From an uncultured virus (IMG/VR IMGVR_UViG_3300021091_000024) (lineage: Duplodnaviria; Heunggongvirae; Uroviricota; Caudoviricetes), in IMG/VR virus record IMGVR_UViG_3300021091_000024: a stretch of 64,000 bases of DNA, one strand, 5' to 3'. The notes below the pieces were generated by a model that ran no database searches, was not told where the DNA came from, and saw only the letters and a program-made list of their open reading frames with translations. Below, one piece after another: positions 18,764-28,859 of the stretch (position 1 is its first letter; each line of letters starts with the position of its first letter). The position numbers and the translations under genes are program-made.

Positions 18764-19096
18764 ATGGGAAGTTTAACACCAAAGCTTTTATATATTGGTA
18801 ATGGAGATAATGCAAATGTTTATACTGCAAATGCAACAGCCAATAGTTATACAATTATTAAAAATATAAATATCTGCAATACAACTGCTGTTAATACAGT
18901 TGTATCACTTCATATTGTGACAAGTGGTTCATCTGCTGCGGCAAATAATAAGATTATTAGTAATATTAATATTACTGCTAATAATGTTACTTTTTATAAC
19001 ACATCAATTGTTATGCCAAGTAATAGTTCATTATACTTGGATCAGGCGGGTAGCAGTGCTACTGTTGCTATTAGCGGTGTGGAGTATGTTGCCTAA
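18764..19096 (+). CDS. small beta-sandwich tail adaptor (paralog 1)
   Basis: TIIKNINICN...ISGVE; similar to 23774 N-term, 26780, 27278, 37744. Confidence 0.7.
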   Translation: MGSLTPKLLYIGNGDNANVYTANATANSYTIIKNINICNTTAVNTVVSLHIVTSGSSAAANNKIISNINITANNVTFYNTSIVMPSNSSLYLDQAGSSATVAISGVEYVA

Positions 19097-20886
19097 TGGA
19101 GTTAGAGCGCTTAGTTGTTGAGAACAACTTTGAAATTGTCGGTACAGCAAATGAAATTGAAGTAAATACTGCTTCTACTACAACAACAATTGGTCTTCCA
19201 AATAACGTAACGATATCTGGAAATCTTGTTGTTACTGGAGACTTAACTGTTTCTGGCAATACAACAACTCTTAATACAACAGAACTAAATGTTGAAGACA
19301 ATATTATCCTTCTTAACTCTGGTGAAACCAGCACCCCATCATTAAATGCTGGTATTGAAGTTGAAAGAGGAACATCTACAAATGTTCAAATAAGATGGAA
19401 TGAAAACACAGATAAATGGCAATTCACAAATGATGGATCAACATATAAAGATCTAGGTTCTGGTGGAATGACTGTCTCGGACACAGCACCGGGGACTCCA
19501 GCGAATGGTGATCTTTGGTATGAATCTGACAGTGGAAAGACTTTTGTTTATTATAGCGATGGTACATCTTCTCAATGGGTTGAAATTGGCGGTTCTGCAT
19601 ATGATTCAACAATTGGTATTATTCAAGCAAAAGGTGATCTTCTTGTTGGAACACAAGCGGATGCAATTGACCGTTTGGCGGTCGGAACAGATAATCAAAG
19701 ATTAATTGCTAACTCATCAGCAAATACAGGTCTTTCATGGGCATCAGATACATATAACACCCTTATTGACACTAAAGGCGATCTGCTGGTTGGTTCTGCG
19801 GCTGACACGGTGGCCCGTCTTGCTGTCAGCACTACTGATGGTTCGGTGTTGATTGCGGATTCGACCGCCACGAATGGCGTTTCTTGGCAAACTCAGAACA
19901 CGGGCGTTCGTAACCTATTATACAACGGCGCGATGCAGGTCGCGCAACGAGGAGTCGGCCCCGTAACTTTTATTACTACAGCCAATTACTACACAGCGGA
20001 CCGTTGGGCTGTTGGCGCAAGTTCTCTTGGTGCATGGACTCAAGAAGTTGCTTCTGCTTCTGATGATTTCCCGACTGGTTCTGGTTTTCGCAAATCACTC
20101 AAAATGACTTGCACGCATCAAGATAAGTTTCCCTCTAGTACAGACGTAATGCGAATTGAACAAAAACTTGAAGGTCAGGATTTGCAGTCCATTTGCAAAG
20201 GAACGTCGTCTGCGCAACAACTAACCGTTTCATTTTGGGTTAAGTCGGGCCTTACTGGGACATACATTTGTGAGTTGTATGACATTGACAACACTCGCCA
20301 AACGAGCAAGGCATACACGGTAAATGCCGCAAATACTTGGGAATTTAAAACACTGACGTTTGCTGCGGATACAACTGGTGCTTTTGATAACGACGCAAAC
20401 GGGTCAATGACTATGATGTTTTATCTTGGTACGGGTGCGAGTTGGCAAAGTGGCAGTTTGCAATCGTCATGGGCTTCTGCATCAACCGGAAATCGTGCAG
20501 TAGGACAGGTCAACCTCGCTTCGGGGCAAAATGCTTCTGTCAACTATTGGCAGATTACTGGTGTTCAATTAAATGTTGGGCCAGTAGCAGCACCGTTTGA
20601 GCATAAGTCATTCGGAGAGGAACTAGCACTCTGCCAGCGATACTTTGAAGCACAAGGAACCCTAGCCGCATCTGGCGATTACCTGTTCGTCAATTCCCTC
20701 TATATCGCAAGCACAACTTGGTTCCTCAATGTGCCTTTCAAGGTGACTAAGAGAGCCACACCCACTATCACAGTTTATACTTTTGGCACTTTTCTTGGCG
20801 TTGATAGAACTTTCAAAGATGGTTTCAATGCGTTTTGGTCAAGCAACGGCGTGATGTACGGATTCACCGCATCGGCAGAACTATGA
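19096..20886 (+). CDS. tail fibre/receptor-binding protein 1
   Basis: VEDNIILLN..GIEVERG, KGDLLVG repeats, RNLLYNG..QR...PFE....ELALCQRY...SAEL. Confidence 0.8.
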   Translation: MELERLVVENNFEIVGTANEIEVNTASTTTTIGLPNNVTISGNLVVTGDLTVSGNTTTLNTTELNVEDNIILLNSGETSTPSLNAGIEVERGTSTNVQIRWNENTDKWQFTNDGSTYKDLGSGGMTVSDTAPGTPANGDLWYESDSGKTFVYYSDGTSSQWVEIGGSAYDSTIGIIQAKGDLLVGTQADAIDRLAVGTDNQRLIANSSANTGLSWASDTYNTLIDTKGDLLVGSAADTVARLAVSTTDGSVLIADSTATNGVSWQTQNTGVRNLLYNGAMQVAQRGVGPVTFITTANYYTADRWAVGASSLGAWTQEVASASDDFPTGSGFRKSLKMTCTHQDKFPSSTDVMRIEQKLEGQDLQSICKGTSSAQQLTVSFWVKSGLTGTYICELYDIDNTRQTSKAYTVNAANTWEFKTLTFAADTTGAFDNDANGSMTMMFYLGTGASWQSGSLQSSWASASTGNRAVGQVNLASGQNASVNYWQITGVQLNVGPVAAPFEHKSFGEELALCQRYFEAQGTLAASGDYLFVNSLYIASTTWFLNVPFKVTKRATPTITVYTFGTFLGVDRTFKDGFNAFWSSNGVMYGFTASAEL

Positions 20887-21047
20887 CTTACCGAATCAAA
20901 CAAAACGAAGCACACATTGTTGTTTTTCGCACAACAGATGGTGCGTGGATACCTTGCGATGAGGCAAACATGGACTATCAGGCGTATCTGACATGGCTTG
21001 CTGAAGGCAACACACCTGAACCGTGGGAGGCCCCCCATGCCGATTGA
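20883..21047 (+). CDS. tail fibre chaperone-like protein (copy 1)
   Basis: IPCDEANMDYQAYLTWLAEGNTPEPW. Confidence 0.7.
   Translation: MTYRIKQNEAHIVVFRTTDGAWIPCDEANMDYQAYLTWLAEGNTPEPWEAPHAD
21006..21045 (+). repeat. 40-bp junction repeat, copy 1
   Basis: GGCAACACACCTGAACCGTGGGAGGCCCCCCATGCCGATT; copies at 26594 and 28818. Confidence 0.9.
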
Positions 21048-21201
21048 TTTTCCAAACTCACCAACTACTAATGATTTTTATACTGTTGGAAACCGCACAT
21101 GGCGCTATGACGGCGAAAAATGGGTCATCTTGAACGAGGCTGCTAACCAACAAAACCAGCTGTATGACATGATGGTCATGATGAATATGGAGACCAACTA
21201 A
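21037..21201 (+). CDS. small tail-associated protein
   Basis: MPIDFPNSPT..D.YT...TW.YDG.KW; ends MMNMETN. Confidence 0.65.
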   Translation: MPIDFPNSPTTNDFYTVGNRTWRYDGEKWVILNEAANQQNQLYDMMVMMNMETN

Positions 21202-22073
21202 TGGCTAACAAGCGCTTCGACCATGCACCAAAGTTTGTTGTCAAAGACGATTCTGTTGTTATTCAACAGGCGGCTGGTTCTAGCGCATCTTTGCTTGACG
21301 TTAAAGACCATACTGGCTCATCCTTAATGTCAATCACGTCTACTGGCGCGATGACTGGCGCAAATCTTACTAGCCCTGCGCTGACGGGTACGCCAACTGC
21401 GCCAACAGCGACAGCGGGAACTAATACAACCCAAATTGCAACTACAGCGTTCGTGCGTACTGAGTTGTCCAATCTTGTTGATGCTGCTCCGTCTGCTCTC
21501 GATACCCTGAATGAACTTGCCGCTGCGCTTGGTGACGACGCAAATTTTTCTTCCACAATAACAACTGCTCTTGGACTAAAAGCACCGCTAGCGAGTCCTA
21601 CATTTACTGGCACTGTTGTTTTACCAAGCAATACATCTATCGGCGCAGTTTCAAGCACGGAATTGCAGTATCTTGATGGGGCAACAAGTTCAATACAAAC
21701 GCAACTGAACTCTAAGGCTAATACAGCAAGCCCAACTTTGAGCGGAACAACAACGGTTAGCACGTTAAATATTACTTCTTCTTATCAGTTGAATGGTAAT
21801 ACTCTGGTTAATCTTAGATTTGCAGAGGTTAGTCAAGTACTGACCGCTAGTGCTGCTGATTATCTTATTAATCTTCCACCTGGGGTTGATATGTTTAATT
21901 TTGTTAGCATAACCCCAATTAGCAATTTTGATAATAATATTGTTTGGCTTTTCGGCTGGGCTTTAGGTCACTGGGGTGGTATCCACGAGCCTTATCAAAT
22001 CCGTATAAGAGCGCAGTTGGGTAACGGAGTCCATCTGGGCGCCGCAGTTTTTAGGGTGTATTACCGTGGATAA
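21201..22073 (+). CDS. tail fibre protein
   Basis: SPALTGTPTAPTA..GTNTTQIATTAFV...APSALDTLNELAAALGDD. Confidence 0.8.
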   Translation: MANKRFDHAPKFVVKDDSVVIQQAAGSSASLLDVKDHTGSSLMSITSTGAMTGANLTSPALTGTPTAPTATAGTNTTQIATTAFVRTELSNLVDAAPSALDTLNELAAALGDDANFSSTITTALGLKAPLASPTFTGTVVLPSNTSIGAVSSTELQYLDGATSSIQTQLNSKANTASPTLSGTTTVSTLNITSSYQLNGNTLVNLRFAEVSQVLTASAADYLINLPPGVDMFNFVSITPISNFDNNIVWLFGWALGHWGGIHEPYQIRIRAQLGNGVHLGAAVFRVYYRG

Positions 22074-22078
22074 TTATG

Positions 22079-22140
22079 ATTTCGGTTTGCACCAGCACCT
22101 ACAACAACAACTGCGACCAATTATGTGTTATTGTCTCGAG
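22079..22140 (+). repeat. 62-bp intergenic repeat, copy 1
   Basis: near-identical to 30011-30072. Confidence 0.85.
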
Positions 22141-22168
22141 TCACCGTGGTGGGGGAGTAGGAAAGTAG

Positions 22169-23422
22169 ATGGCGCGTCAAAGGTTTGACACTGCACCCGA
22201 ATTCAGGGTGGCTGACGACTCTGTTGTAATTCAACAGGTCGCTGGCTCGTCTGCGCCCCTACTTGAACTAAAAGACCACTCTGGTTCAACTTTAATCACC
22301 GTTCATTCGACAGGACAAATGACCGCAACGGTTGCTCCATCGTTTGTTTCTGCTTCACTGACAGGAACACCGACCGCACCAACAGCGGCTGCTGGAACGA
22401 ACACGACGCAGGTGGCGACTACCGAATTCGTGCGAACTGAGTTGTCTAATCTTGTCGACGCCGCTCCATCTGCTCTCGACACTCTGAATGAACTTGCCGC
22501 AGCTCTTGGTGATGACGCAAACTTTGCGACAACAGTAACAAATGCGTTAGCAGACAAAGCACCTTTGAATTCGCCTGCTCTCACAGGCACGCCTACTGCC
22601 CCCAACCCAATCACTGGTGATAACAGTGCGCAAATCGCCACTACCGCGTTTGCTAACGCTCTAGTCGAAGCATTTCTGCCTGCTGGAATGATTTCCCCAT
22701 ACGCTGGCTCTTCTGCACCAAGCGGGTGGCTGCTTTGTGCAGGTCAAACAGTTAGCAGGACTACATATTCGCGGCTTTTCTCCGCGCTTGGCACAACGTA
22801 CAATATAGGAGAGGAAGCGGGTACTGATTTCCGTCTTCCAGACTTACGTGGGCGTACAATCGCGGGTGTTGACAACATGGGCGGCTCGGCAGCATCGCGG
22901 CTGTCGTCTGCAACAATTTCAAGTGGTGCTGATGCGCTTGGGCGCGTTGGTGGCGCAGAAACGCACGTTTTGACAGAAGCCCAATTGGCTAGTCACACGC
23001 ACGTTCAGAATTCTCATAATCACACTCAAAACGAGCACACGCACGCGAACGCTTTGACTGGAAGCACGGTTTTTGCGTCCAGTAACCACACCCATCCTAG
23101 TCACGGCTCACTCCATGCAGCAGTTGGTGCGACCAACAGCGATGCTGGCAGAATTGCTTACATTGCAGGAGGTGTGTATGCCAACCCTTCTACATACTCA
23201 ATTGTGGGTGGTGGTTTGGTAGTTGGCCAGAACTTTAACCACAATACCCCTGTTTATGGAGACACTGGAGGAAACTCCGCAAACCTATCCGTAGGTCTTA
23301 GTAATGCAGGTCAAACTGCGACAAACCAAGCACAAACTGCAACCAACCAAAACACAGGCAGCAACTCTGCCCACAACAACGTGCAACCAACAATGGTTCT
23401 CAACTATATCATCAAGGCATAA
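22169..23422 (+). CDS. tail fibre with collar domain and HxH needle
   Basis: N-terminus paralogous to 21201; PAGMISPYAG..APSGWLLC.G...FRLPDLRGR; several HxH motifs. Confidence 0.85.
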   Translation: MARQRFDTAPEFRVADDSVVIQQVAGSSAPLLELKDHSGSTLITVHSTGQMTATVAPSFVSASLTGTPTAPTAAAGTNTTQVATTEFVRTELSNLVDAAPSALDTLNELAAALGDDANFATTVTNALADKAPLNSPALTGTPTAPNPITGDNSAQIATTAFANALVEAFLPAGMISPYAGSSAPSGWLLCAGQTVSRTTYSRLFSALGTTYNIGEEAGTDFRLPDLRGRTIAGVDNMGGSAASRLSSATISSGADALGRVGGAETHVLTEAQLASHTHVQNSHNHTQNEHTHANALTGSTVFASSNHTHPSHGSLHAAVGATNSDAGRIAYIAGGVYANPSTYSIVGGGLVVGQNFNHNTPVYGDTGGNSANLSVGLSNAGQTATNQAQTATNQNTGSNSAHNNVQPTMVLNYIIKA

Positions 23423-23423
23423 C

Positions 23424-23759
23424 ATGTTTACACAAGAAGAACTGCATGAACTTAGCATGATGGCGCAAGCAATTTGGGATTTGCGCCCCAACGCGACATG
23501 GGAATTGCCGCGCCCTGATTTTGATTCACTTGTTTGGAAAGATGAAGTTCAAACTAAACCAGATTGGGCAGATGTTGAAGCGCGCATGGTCATCCTTAAA
23601 GAGGAATACGATGCGCGCGCATGGGTTCGAGAGCGCCTCGCGGCATACCCTTCTATTGCCGACCAACTAGACCTCATTTACCATGGCGGTATTGATGCAT
23701 GGCGTGAGACAATTAAAGAAATCAAGACTCGTATCCCGAAGCCTGAAGAGTCGATTTAG
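23424..23759 (+). CDS. tail fibre-associated protein
   Basis: LRPNATW...L.W.D...KP...R..AYPSIADQLDLIYH. Confidence 0.7.
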   Translation: MFTQEELHELSMMAQAIWDLRPNATWELPRPDFDSLVWKDEVQTKPDWADVEARMVILKEEYDARAWVRERLAAYPSIADQLDLIYHGGIDAWRETIKEIKTRIPKPEESI

Positions 23760-23773
23760 GTGATGAGGTAGTT

Positions 23774-25237
23774 ATGCCGTTTCAACATAAACGCTTAGTT
23801 GGGCCGCTTGCACTGACAACAAGTTCAACGCTTGTGTATACAGTGCCTGCGAGCAAGACATCAATCGTGAAGCAGGTTGTAGTCGCGAATACGACTGGTA
23901 GTTCTGCCACGTTTACTTTGCGCATTGGGGCTAGTACTGCGTTGTTTAATGCGGTTACTGTTGCCGCTAACGATTCCCTTCTGATTAATTTGTCGCAAGT
24001 TTTGGAGACTACTGAGACTCTTTATGCTTCTGCTTCGGCAAACACAACTTTGAATCTGACAATTTCTGGTGTCGAGAATGATGGTCCGCTAGAACCGACA
24101 GAGACATACATTGCGGACAATGCAATAACAACCCCTAAATTATCAAATGCTTCTGTCACAACAGATAAGTTAGCAGCAGATGCTGTTACAACAGCCAAAA
24201 TTGCTAATAATGCTATTACACAAGCAAAACTTAGCACAGATGTTCCGTTAAGTGGAATGAGGAATGTGCTGATAAACGGCGGGTTTGATGTTTGGCAACG
24301 CACCACTAGCAGCGAGTATTCGGCATCCCTATCAACCGCCGAATGGAAAGCCCCAGACCGTTGGTGGACAGCCCAATTAGCAACAGCAAGCACTTTGATT
24401 GTCGAGCGTAAACCTGCCGATACAACAAACTTCAACTACGGTTGCCGTGTCCAACGAAAATCTCTCCAGACAGGAACTGGCACAATTTATTTCGGGCAAA
24501 CGCTAGAAAGCGTTACGTCAAAAGCGTGTGCCGGAAAGCAAGTTACGTTGTCTTTCTATGTAAAAAAGGGGGCCAATGCCCCTTCAACATTTGATGCCGT
24601 TGTCTACGGCGGGAAAGGGACAGACCAAACATCTGGTGCATTATTCTCAACGGGCTTTACGAGCGGGGCAAATTTGCTGTCGCAGACTGTTACGCCGACC
24701 ACAACTATGACGAGGTACATCTACACGTTTGCTGTGGACAGCACCTATACCCAGTTGGCTCTTTGGTTTAAGTGGACACCTTCTGGTACAGCGGGTGCAG
24801 ATGAGTGGTTCCAGTTTGAGGGTGTCCAATTGGAGCAAGGCACTCAGCCGACCCCGTTTGAGCAACGCCCTATCGGTGTTGAACTAGCACTCTGCCAGCG
24901 GTATTATCAAATGATTGTGTCTGGAAATAGCAAATCAATTGCACATGCTTATATGGCATCTACAACTGCATGGGAATCTATAATTAACCTACCTGTCCCC
25001 ATGCGCTCGGCGGCGACTATTGATTTAGCAACAACGGTTGGTGGAGCTCAATATTTTGGCGTATACGTAAACAATTTTGAACATAGCATTAACGCTATTC
25101 CTAACTCGGATTTTGCTTCGGCAGATAGATTTAGGGTGTATGGAGTAATAGTTGGCTCAACCAGTACAGCTGGTGCATCGGGAATGTTTTATACCAGAAA
25201 CGCCGCTGCACGCTTAGCGGTTTCAGCGGAGTTGTGA
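23774..25237 (+). CDS. receptor-binding protein 2 (adaptor domain fused to RBP domain)
   Basis: VTTAKIA repeats; RNVLINGGFDVWQR...PTPFEQRP..VELALCQRY...SAEL. Confidence 0.8.
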   Translation: MPFQHKRLVGPLALTTSSTLVYTVPASKTSIVKQVVVANTTGSSATFTLRIGASTALFNAVTVAANDSLLINLSQVLETTETLYASASANTTLNLTISGVENDGPLEPTETYIADNAITTPKLSNASVTTDKLAADAVTTAKIANNAITQAKLSTDVPLSGMRNVLINGGFDVWQRTTSSEYSASLSTAEWKAPDRWWTAQLATASTLIVERKPADTTNFNYGCRVQRKSLQTGTGTIYFGQTLESVTSKACAGKQVTLSFYVKKGANAPSTFDAVVYGGKGTDQTSGALFSTGFTSGANLLSQTVTPTTTMTRYIYTFAVDSTYTQLALWFKWTPSGTAGADEWFQFEGVQLEQGTQPTPFEQRPIGVELALCQRYYQMIVSGNSKSIAHAYMASTTAWESIINLPVPMRSAATIDLATTVGGAQYFGVYVNNFEHSINAIPNSDFASADRFRVYGVIVGSTSTAGASGMFYTRNAAARLAVSAEL

Positions 25238-25350
25238 TGTACAGGATTTCGACAGACCCAATTAGTGGTTCGCAATCCGTAGTGCTTGTTGAGGCAACGT
25301 GGTGGATTCCAATGGATGAAGCCAACTCCGACATTAGTTATAATGGATAA
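25237..25350 (+). pseudogene. truncated tail fibre chaperone
   Basis: MYRISTDP...WWIPMDEANSD then breaks off before the YQxYLxW..GNTP motif. Confidence 0.55.
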
Positions 25351-25352
25351 AT

Positions 25353-26462
25353 ATGACCGGTATTAGACGAATATCAGATTTAGGAACACAGGGTGTTAAG
25401 ACTATTCTTGATGGCTCTGTACAGACAGCTGACATAGCTAATAATGCTGTTACACAAGCAAAACTTAGCACAGATGTGCCATTAAGTGGGATGCGTAACA
25501 ACATCATCAACGGTGATTTTAAAATCAACCAACGGCAATTGTTGTCACGCTCCACCACGGGGTATCTCCATGACCGTTGGAGACTTGAGTGCGCCGGAGG
25601 CTCCACCACATATAGCACTCAGGCGTTTACTCTGGGAAATGAAATATCTGGTTTTGAACCAGCAAACTTTGCTCAATTAGCAGTTTCCGGTCAATCATCG
25701 GCAAGTCATTATTCTGTTTTGCACCAATATATTGAAGGCGTTAGGACGTTCGCTGGACAGACGGTTACTGTGTCTTTTTATGCAAGAGCAACATCTGGCA
25801 CGCCGAAAATTTCTCTTGAGTTAGCTCAATACTTTGGGACAGGAGGTTCACCTTCTAACACTGTAAATACAAATGGAGGAATTGTGACTTTGTCAACAAC
25901 ATGGTCACGATACTCATTGACTGTTGCAGTCCCCTCTATTAGCGGGAAAACTGTAGGGTCAGTTGACGATGCACTGATAGTTCAATTTTGGCTTTCAGGT
26001 GGGAGCGACTACTCAGCAAGAATAAATTCTATGGGGATACAGAACAGCACTTTTCAAATTTGGGGAATACAAGCCGAACCAAACGTTCAGGCCACACCTC
26101 TAGAAATCAGGCCACACGCTTTGGAGTTGCAACTGTGCCAAAGGTATTACTACGAGTTGCGAGGTTGGGGCTTCGACGATGGGTTGTGTCAAGGACATTA
26201 CTACTCCACTACGCAGTTGTGGTGCGTCATCCAGCATCCAGTGCAGATGAGGAAAGGGCCGGTTTTTGCCCTGGCTAACGGGGTTTACAACGCCTATGCA
26301 ATATCGCAAGGGAACCCAGTGACGACAGCGGCTCAGTATTCTGGCACGCCACAAACATCTACAGTGTATTTTTCTGTTTTAAACGCTCGCACCCATGGTG
26401 TAGGTGGGTGGATTGCTACCGCTGCTGGAATTATGTATTTCAATTCGGAGTATTTTGGATGA
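25353..26462 (+). CDS. receptor-binding protein 3
   Basis: RNNIINGDFKINQR...TPLEIRP..LELQLCQRY; shares TQAKLSTDVPLSGMRN with RBP2. Confidence 0.8.
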   Translation: MTGIRRISDLGTQGVKTILDGSVQTADIANNAVTQAKLSTDVPLSGMRNNIINGDFKINQRQLLSRSTTGYLHDRWRLECAGGSTTYSTQAFTLGNEISGFEPANFAQLAVSGQSSASHYSVLHQYIEGVRTFAGQTVTVSFYARATSGTPKISLELAQYFGTGGSPSNTVNTNGGIVTLSTTWSRYSLTVAVPSISGKTVGSVDDALIVQFWLSGGSDYSARINSMGIQNSTFQIWGIQAEPNVQATPLEIRPHALELQLCQRYYYELRGWGFDDGLCQGHYYSTTQLWCVIQHPVQMRKGPVFALANGVYNAYAISQGNPVTTAAQYSGTPQTSTVYFSVLNARTHGVGGWIATAAGIMYFNSEYFG

Positions 26463-26635
26463 TGTATTTTTACAACGATGTTGAATTTTTGGGAAATGTG
26501 AAACGCCTTGTGTGCTACAAGAACGATGACGGTTTGGATTGCTGGCTTCCTGATGGGGAAGCCAATGTGTATTACCAGCAGTGGGTTGCTGAAGGCAACA
26601 CACCCGAACCGTGGGAGGCCCCTGATGCCGATTAG
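26459..26635 (+). CDS. tail fibre chaperone-like protein (copy 2)
   Basis: YQQWVAEGNTPEPWEAPDAD. Confidence 0.7.
   Translation: MMYFYNDVEFLGNVKRLVCYKNDDGLDCWLPDGEANVYYQQWVAEGNTPEPWEAPDAD
26594..26633 (+). repeat. 40-bp junction repeat, copy 2
   Basis: identical to 28818-28857. Confidence 0.9.
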
Positions 26636-26770
26636 TTCGTTCTCCGCTCCGTCCGCGATGGAACGGGTCGGCAGGGGTGCTACTATATCCGCGTTTACGG
26701 ATACGGGAACTAGGAGCCAGCATGAGTGCGTCTAGCGTAAATCGAGGACTCCGCCCAGGGGTGAGCACAA
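26625..26770 (+). pseudogene. collapsed remnants of two tail genes
   Basis: MPISSFSAPSA, out-of-frame IRVYGYGN*, then SD + MSASSVNRGLRPGV; mirrors the starts of 28849 and 29448. Confidence 0.55.
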
Positions 26771-26779
26771 GGAGTAGTA

Positions 26780-27277
26780 ATGGCTTTCACTGAGAAAAGA
26801 CTGTTTAATAGTGGTGTTGCTAGTCCGCTTGCATTGACAGCTAATACTGATACGACCATTTACACCTGTCCGACGAGTCAGACGACGACTACTATTCTTA
26901 AACAAATTGTGATGACTAACACTGGGGCGTCTTCGACAACGTTTTCAATATCCCTAGTTCCATCTGGTGGTTCCGTTCAAACGTCAAATAGAATATTCAA
27001 TAGCGTGTCAATCGCGTCTAATGAAACAATTATTCTAGATGTCTCGCAAATCTTGACATCTGGTGACTTCATTTCTGCTCTTGCTGGTGCATCTGGTGTG
27101 AATATCACTATGTCTGGCGTAGAAAACGCCGGCGGAATGGTTATCTCGGGCTTGGCTGACAGTGCGGTCACGACGGCAAAAATTGCTAATAGCAACGTCA
27201 CAGCGGCTAAACTAGGTCCAGACGCTTTTATAGCCAACAATCAGGCTGGCGCAATAGTTCTTATGGAGATGATGTAA
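26780..27277 (+). CDS. tail adaptor paralog with VTTAKIA linker
   Basis: TILKQIVMTN...ISGL; ends VLMEMM. Confidence 0.75.
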   Translation: MAFTEKRLFNSGVASPLALTANTDTTIYTCPTSQTTTTILKQIVMTNTGASSTTFSISLVPSGGSVQTSNRIFNSVSIASNETIILDVSQILTSGDFISALAGASGVNITMSGVENAGGMVISGLADSAVTTAKIANSNVTAAKLGPDAFIANNQAGAIVLMEMM

Positions 27278-27634
27278 ATGGCTACCGGGGACAGAACAGA
27301 AACACGAGTACTAGGTCCAGTAGAACTACCGACAACACCTGGACTCATCAATGGCAACCCGAGCAACGCCGTCGCTGCGAGCCGTGTTTGGGTTGTAAAG
27401 CAAATTGCCCTATGTAATAGAACGGGAACAGACGCGCTTGTGTACCTTGCCCTAGCCCCAAACGGTGTCTCCATTGCAAACAGCCACTACTTCATGTGGG
27501 CGCTCCCTATTGCCGCCTCTGACACCCTGGTTCTTGATACGGGAATTGTGATGGTAACTGGCGACCAGTTTTATGGATATGCCGACCGTGCTGGTGTGAA
27601 TATCATTGTTAATGGTTGGGTGAAAGAAGTCTAA
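27278..27634 (+). CDS. small tail adaptor paralog
   Basis: RVLGP...VVKQIALCN...IAASDTLVLD. Confidence 0.75.
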   Translation: MATGDRTETRVLGPVELPTTPGLINGNPSNAVAASRVWVVKQIALCNRTGTDALVYLALAPNGVSIANSHYFMWALPIAASDTLVLDTGIVMVTGDQFYGYADRAGVNIIVNGWVKEV

Positions 27635-28689
27635 TGCCTATATCATCTGCTTTAGGTTCGTCTGCGTTGCTGCCTGCTGGCCTCGGGTTTCGTAACAAAA
27701 TCATCAACGGCGGGTTTGATATCTGGCAACGTGGTACGTCGTCGTTCACGACAAACGGCGCATATACGGCAGACCGCTGGGTGATGAATTTGACGGGAAC
27801 TGGGACAGCGCAAACTGTTAGCCAGGTTGCCTTTACCGCTGGCAACCCAATCTCTAACCAAGAACCGGCTTATCACATTCGCAATGCTGTAACCGGTGGT
27901 TCTGGCACATCTTCGCTTGTTGTGTTGACGCAAAAAATTGAGGATGTCAGAACGTGTGCGGGCCAGCCTGTTACGGTTTCTTTTTGGGCGAAGGTGACAA
28001 GCGGAACAGCCAACCTTGGTCTTGACTTGTACCAGGAGTTTGGGTCGGGTGGTTCGGCAACTGTTGGCGGTATCGGTGCGCAGAAGTTTGCGTTGACAAC
28101 TTCGTGGCAGCGGTTTACGGCACTTATCAACGTGTCATCTATTAGTAGCAAAACAATTGGGACCAACAATTTTCTTGCTTGCCGTTTTTGGTTTTCGAGT
28201 GGCTCTGATTACAACTCGCTGAATAATTCGCTTGGCATCCAGTCTGCGACTTTTGATATTTGGGGTGTGCAGGTTGAGCAGAACTATCAGCCGACCCCGT
28301 TTGAACAACGCCCTTTTGCTGTTGAAGTTTCTTTATGCCAACGCTACTTTAGCAAATCATTTCAATTAGAAACAGCGCCCGTAAATGGGAATGGTACTGG
28401 TGATAATACAGGAAATAATCTTGTTGTATGGGCACCAACTGTTGGCAATTCTTATTCAGCAGCAATTAAATTTCCAGTAAGGATGCGTAGAACTCCTGAC
28501 ATCACACTCTATAATGCCGAGACATCAACACCTAACACATGGAGTGTATACAACAGTTCTGGTTCAATAAATAACTCGTATTCTGTAGTAGTTGGAACTC
28601 GTAATGAAATATCTGTATTGGTTTACGCTACATCTATTACAACTATCACTGTTTCTAACGGAGCATGGTCAGCGAGTGCGGAATTATGA
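27634..28689 (+). CDS. receptor-binding protein 4
   Basis: RNKIINGGFDIWQRG...PTPFEQRP...SLCQRY...SAEL. Confidence 0.8.
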   Translation: MPISSALGSSALLPAGLGFRNKIINGGFDIWQRGTSSFTTNGAYTADRWVMNLTGTGTAQTVSQVAFTAGNPISNQEPAYHIRNAVTGGSGTSSLVVLTQKIEDVRTCAGQPVTVSFWAKVTSGTANLGLDLYQEFGSGGSATVGGIGAQKFALTTSWQRFTALINVSSISSKTIGTNNFLACRFWFSSGSDYNSLNNSLGIQSATFDIWGVQVEQNYQPTPFEQRPFAVEVSLCQRYFSKSFQLETAPVNGNGTGDNTGNNLVVWAPTVGNSYSAAIKFPVRMRRTPDITLYNAETSTPNTWSVYNSSGSINNSYSVVVGTRNEISVLVYATSITTITVSNGAWSASAEL

Positions 28690-28859
28690 AAAAGTATTTT
28701 ATAACCAATTCTGACCCTTTGTGCGGTATTAGTGTTGCTCGTCTTGATGATGACGGAATAATTACATGGCTTGGCGTCCCAAATGAGGATTTAGAATACC
28801 AAGAATGGCTCGCCGCTGGCAACACACCCGAACCGTGGGAGGCCCCTGATGCCGATTAA
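28686..28859 (+). CDS. tail fibre chaperone-like protein (copy 3)
   Basis: EYQEWLAAGNTPEPWEAPDAD. Confidence 0.7.
   Translation: MKKYFITNSDPLCGISVARLDDDGIITWLGVPNEDLEYQEWLAAGNTPEPWEAPDAD
28818..28857 (+). repeat. 40-bp junction repeat, copy 3
   Basis: GGCAACACACCCGAACCGTGGGAGGCCCCTGATGCCGATT. Confidence 0.9.

Noticed and set aside
21006..28857. CRISPR array from the 40-bp repeats
   Set aside because: Copies are kilobases apart and coding. The Cas4-like gene at 61762 sits with Rad52-like recombination genes and no other cas genes.
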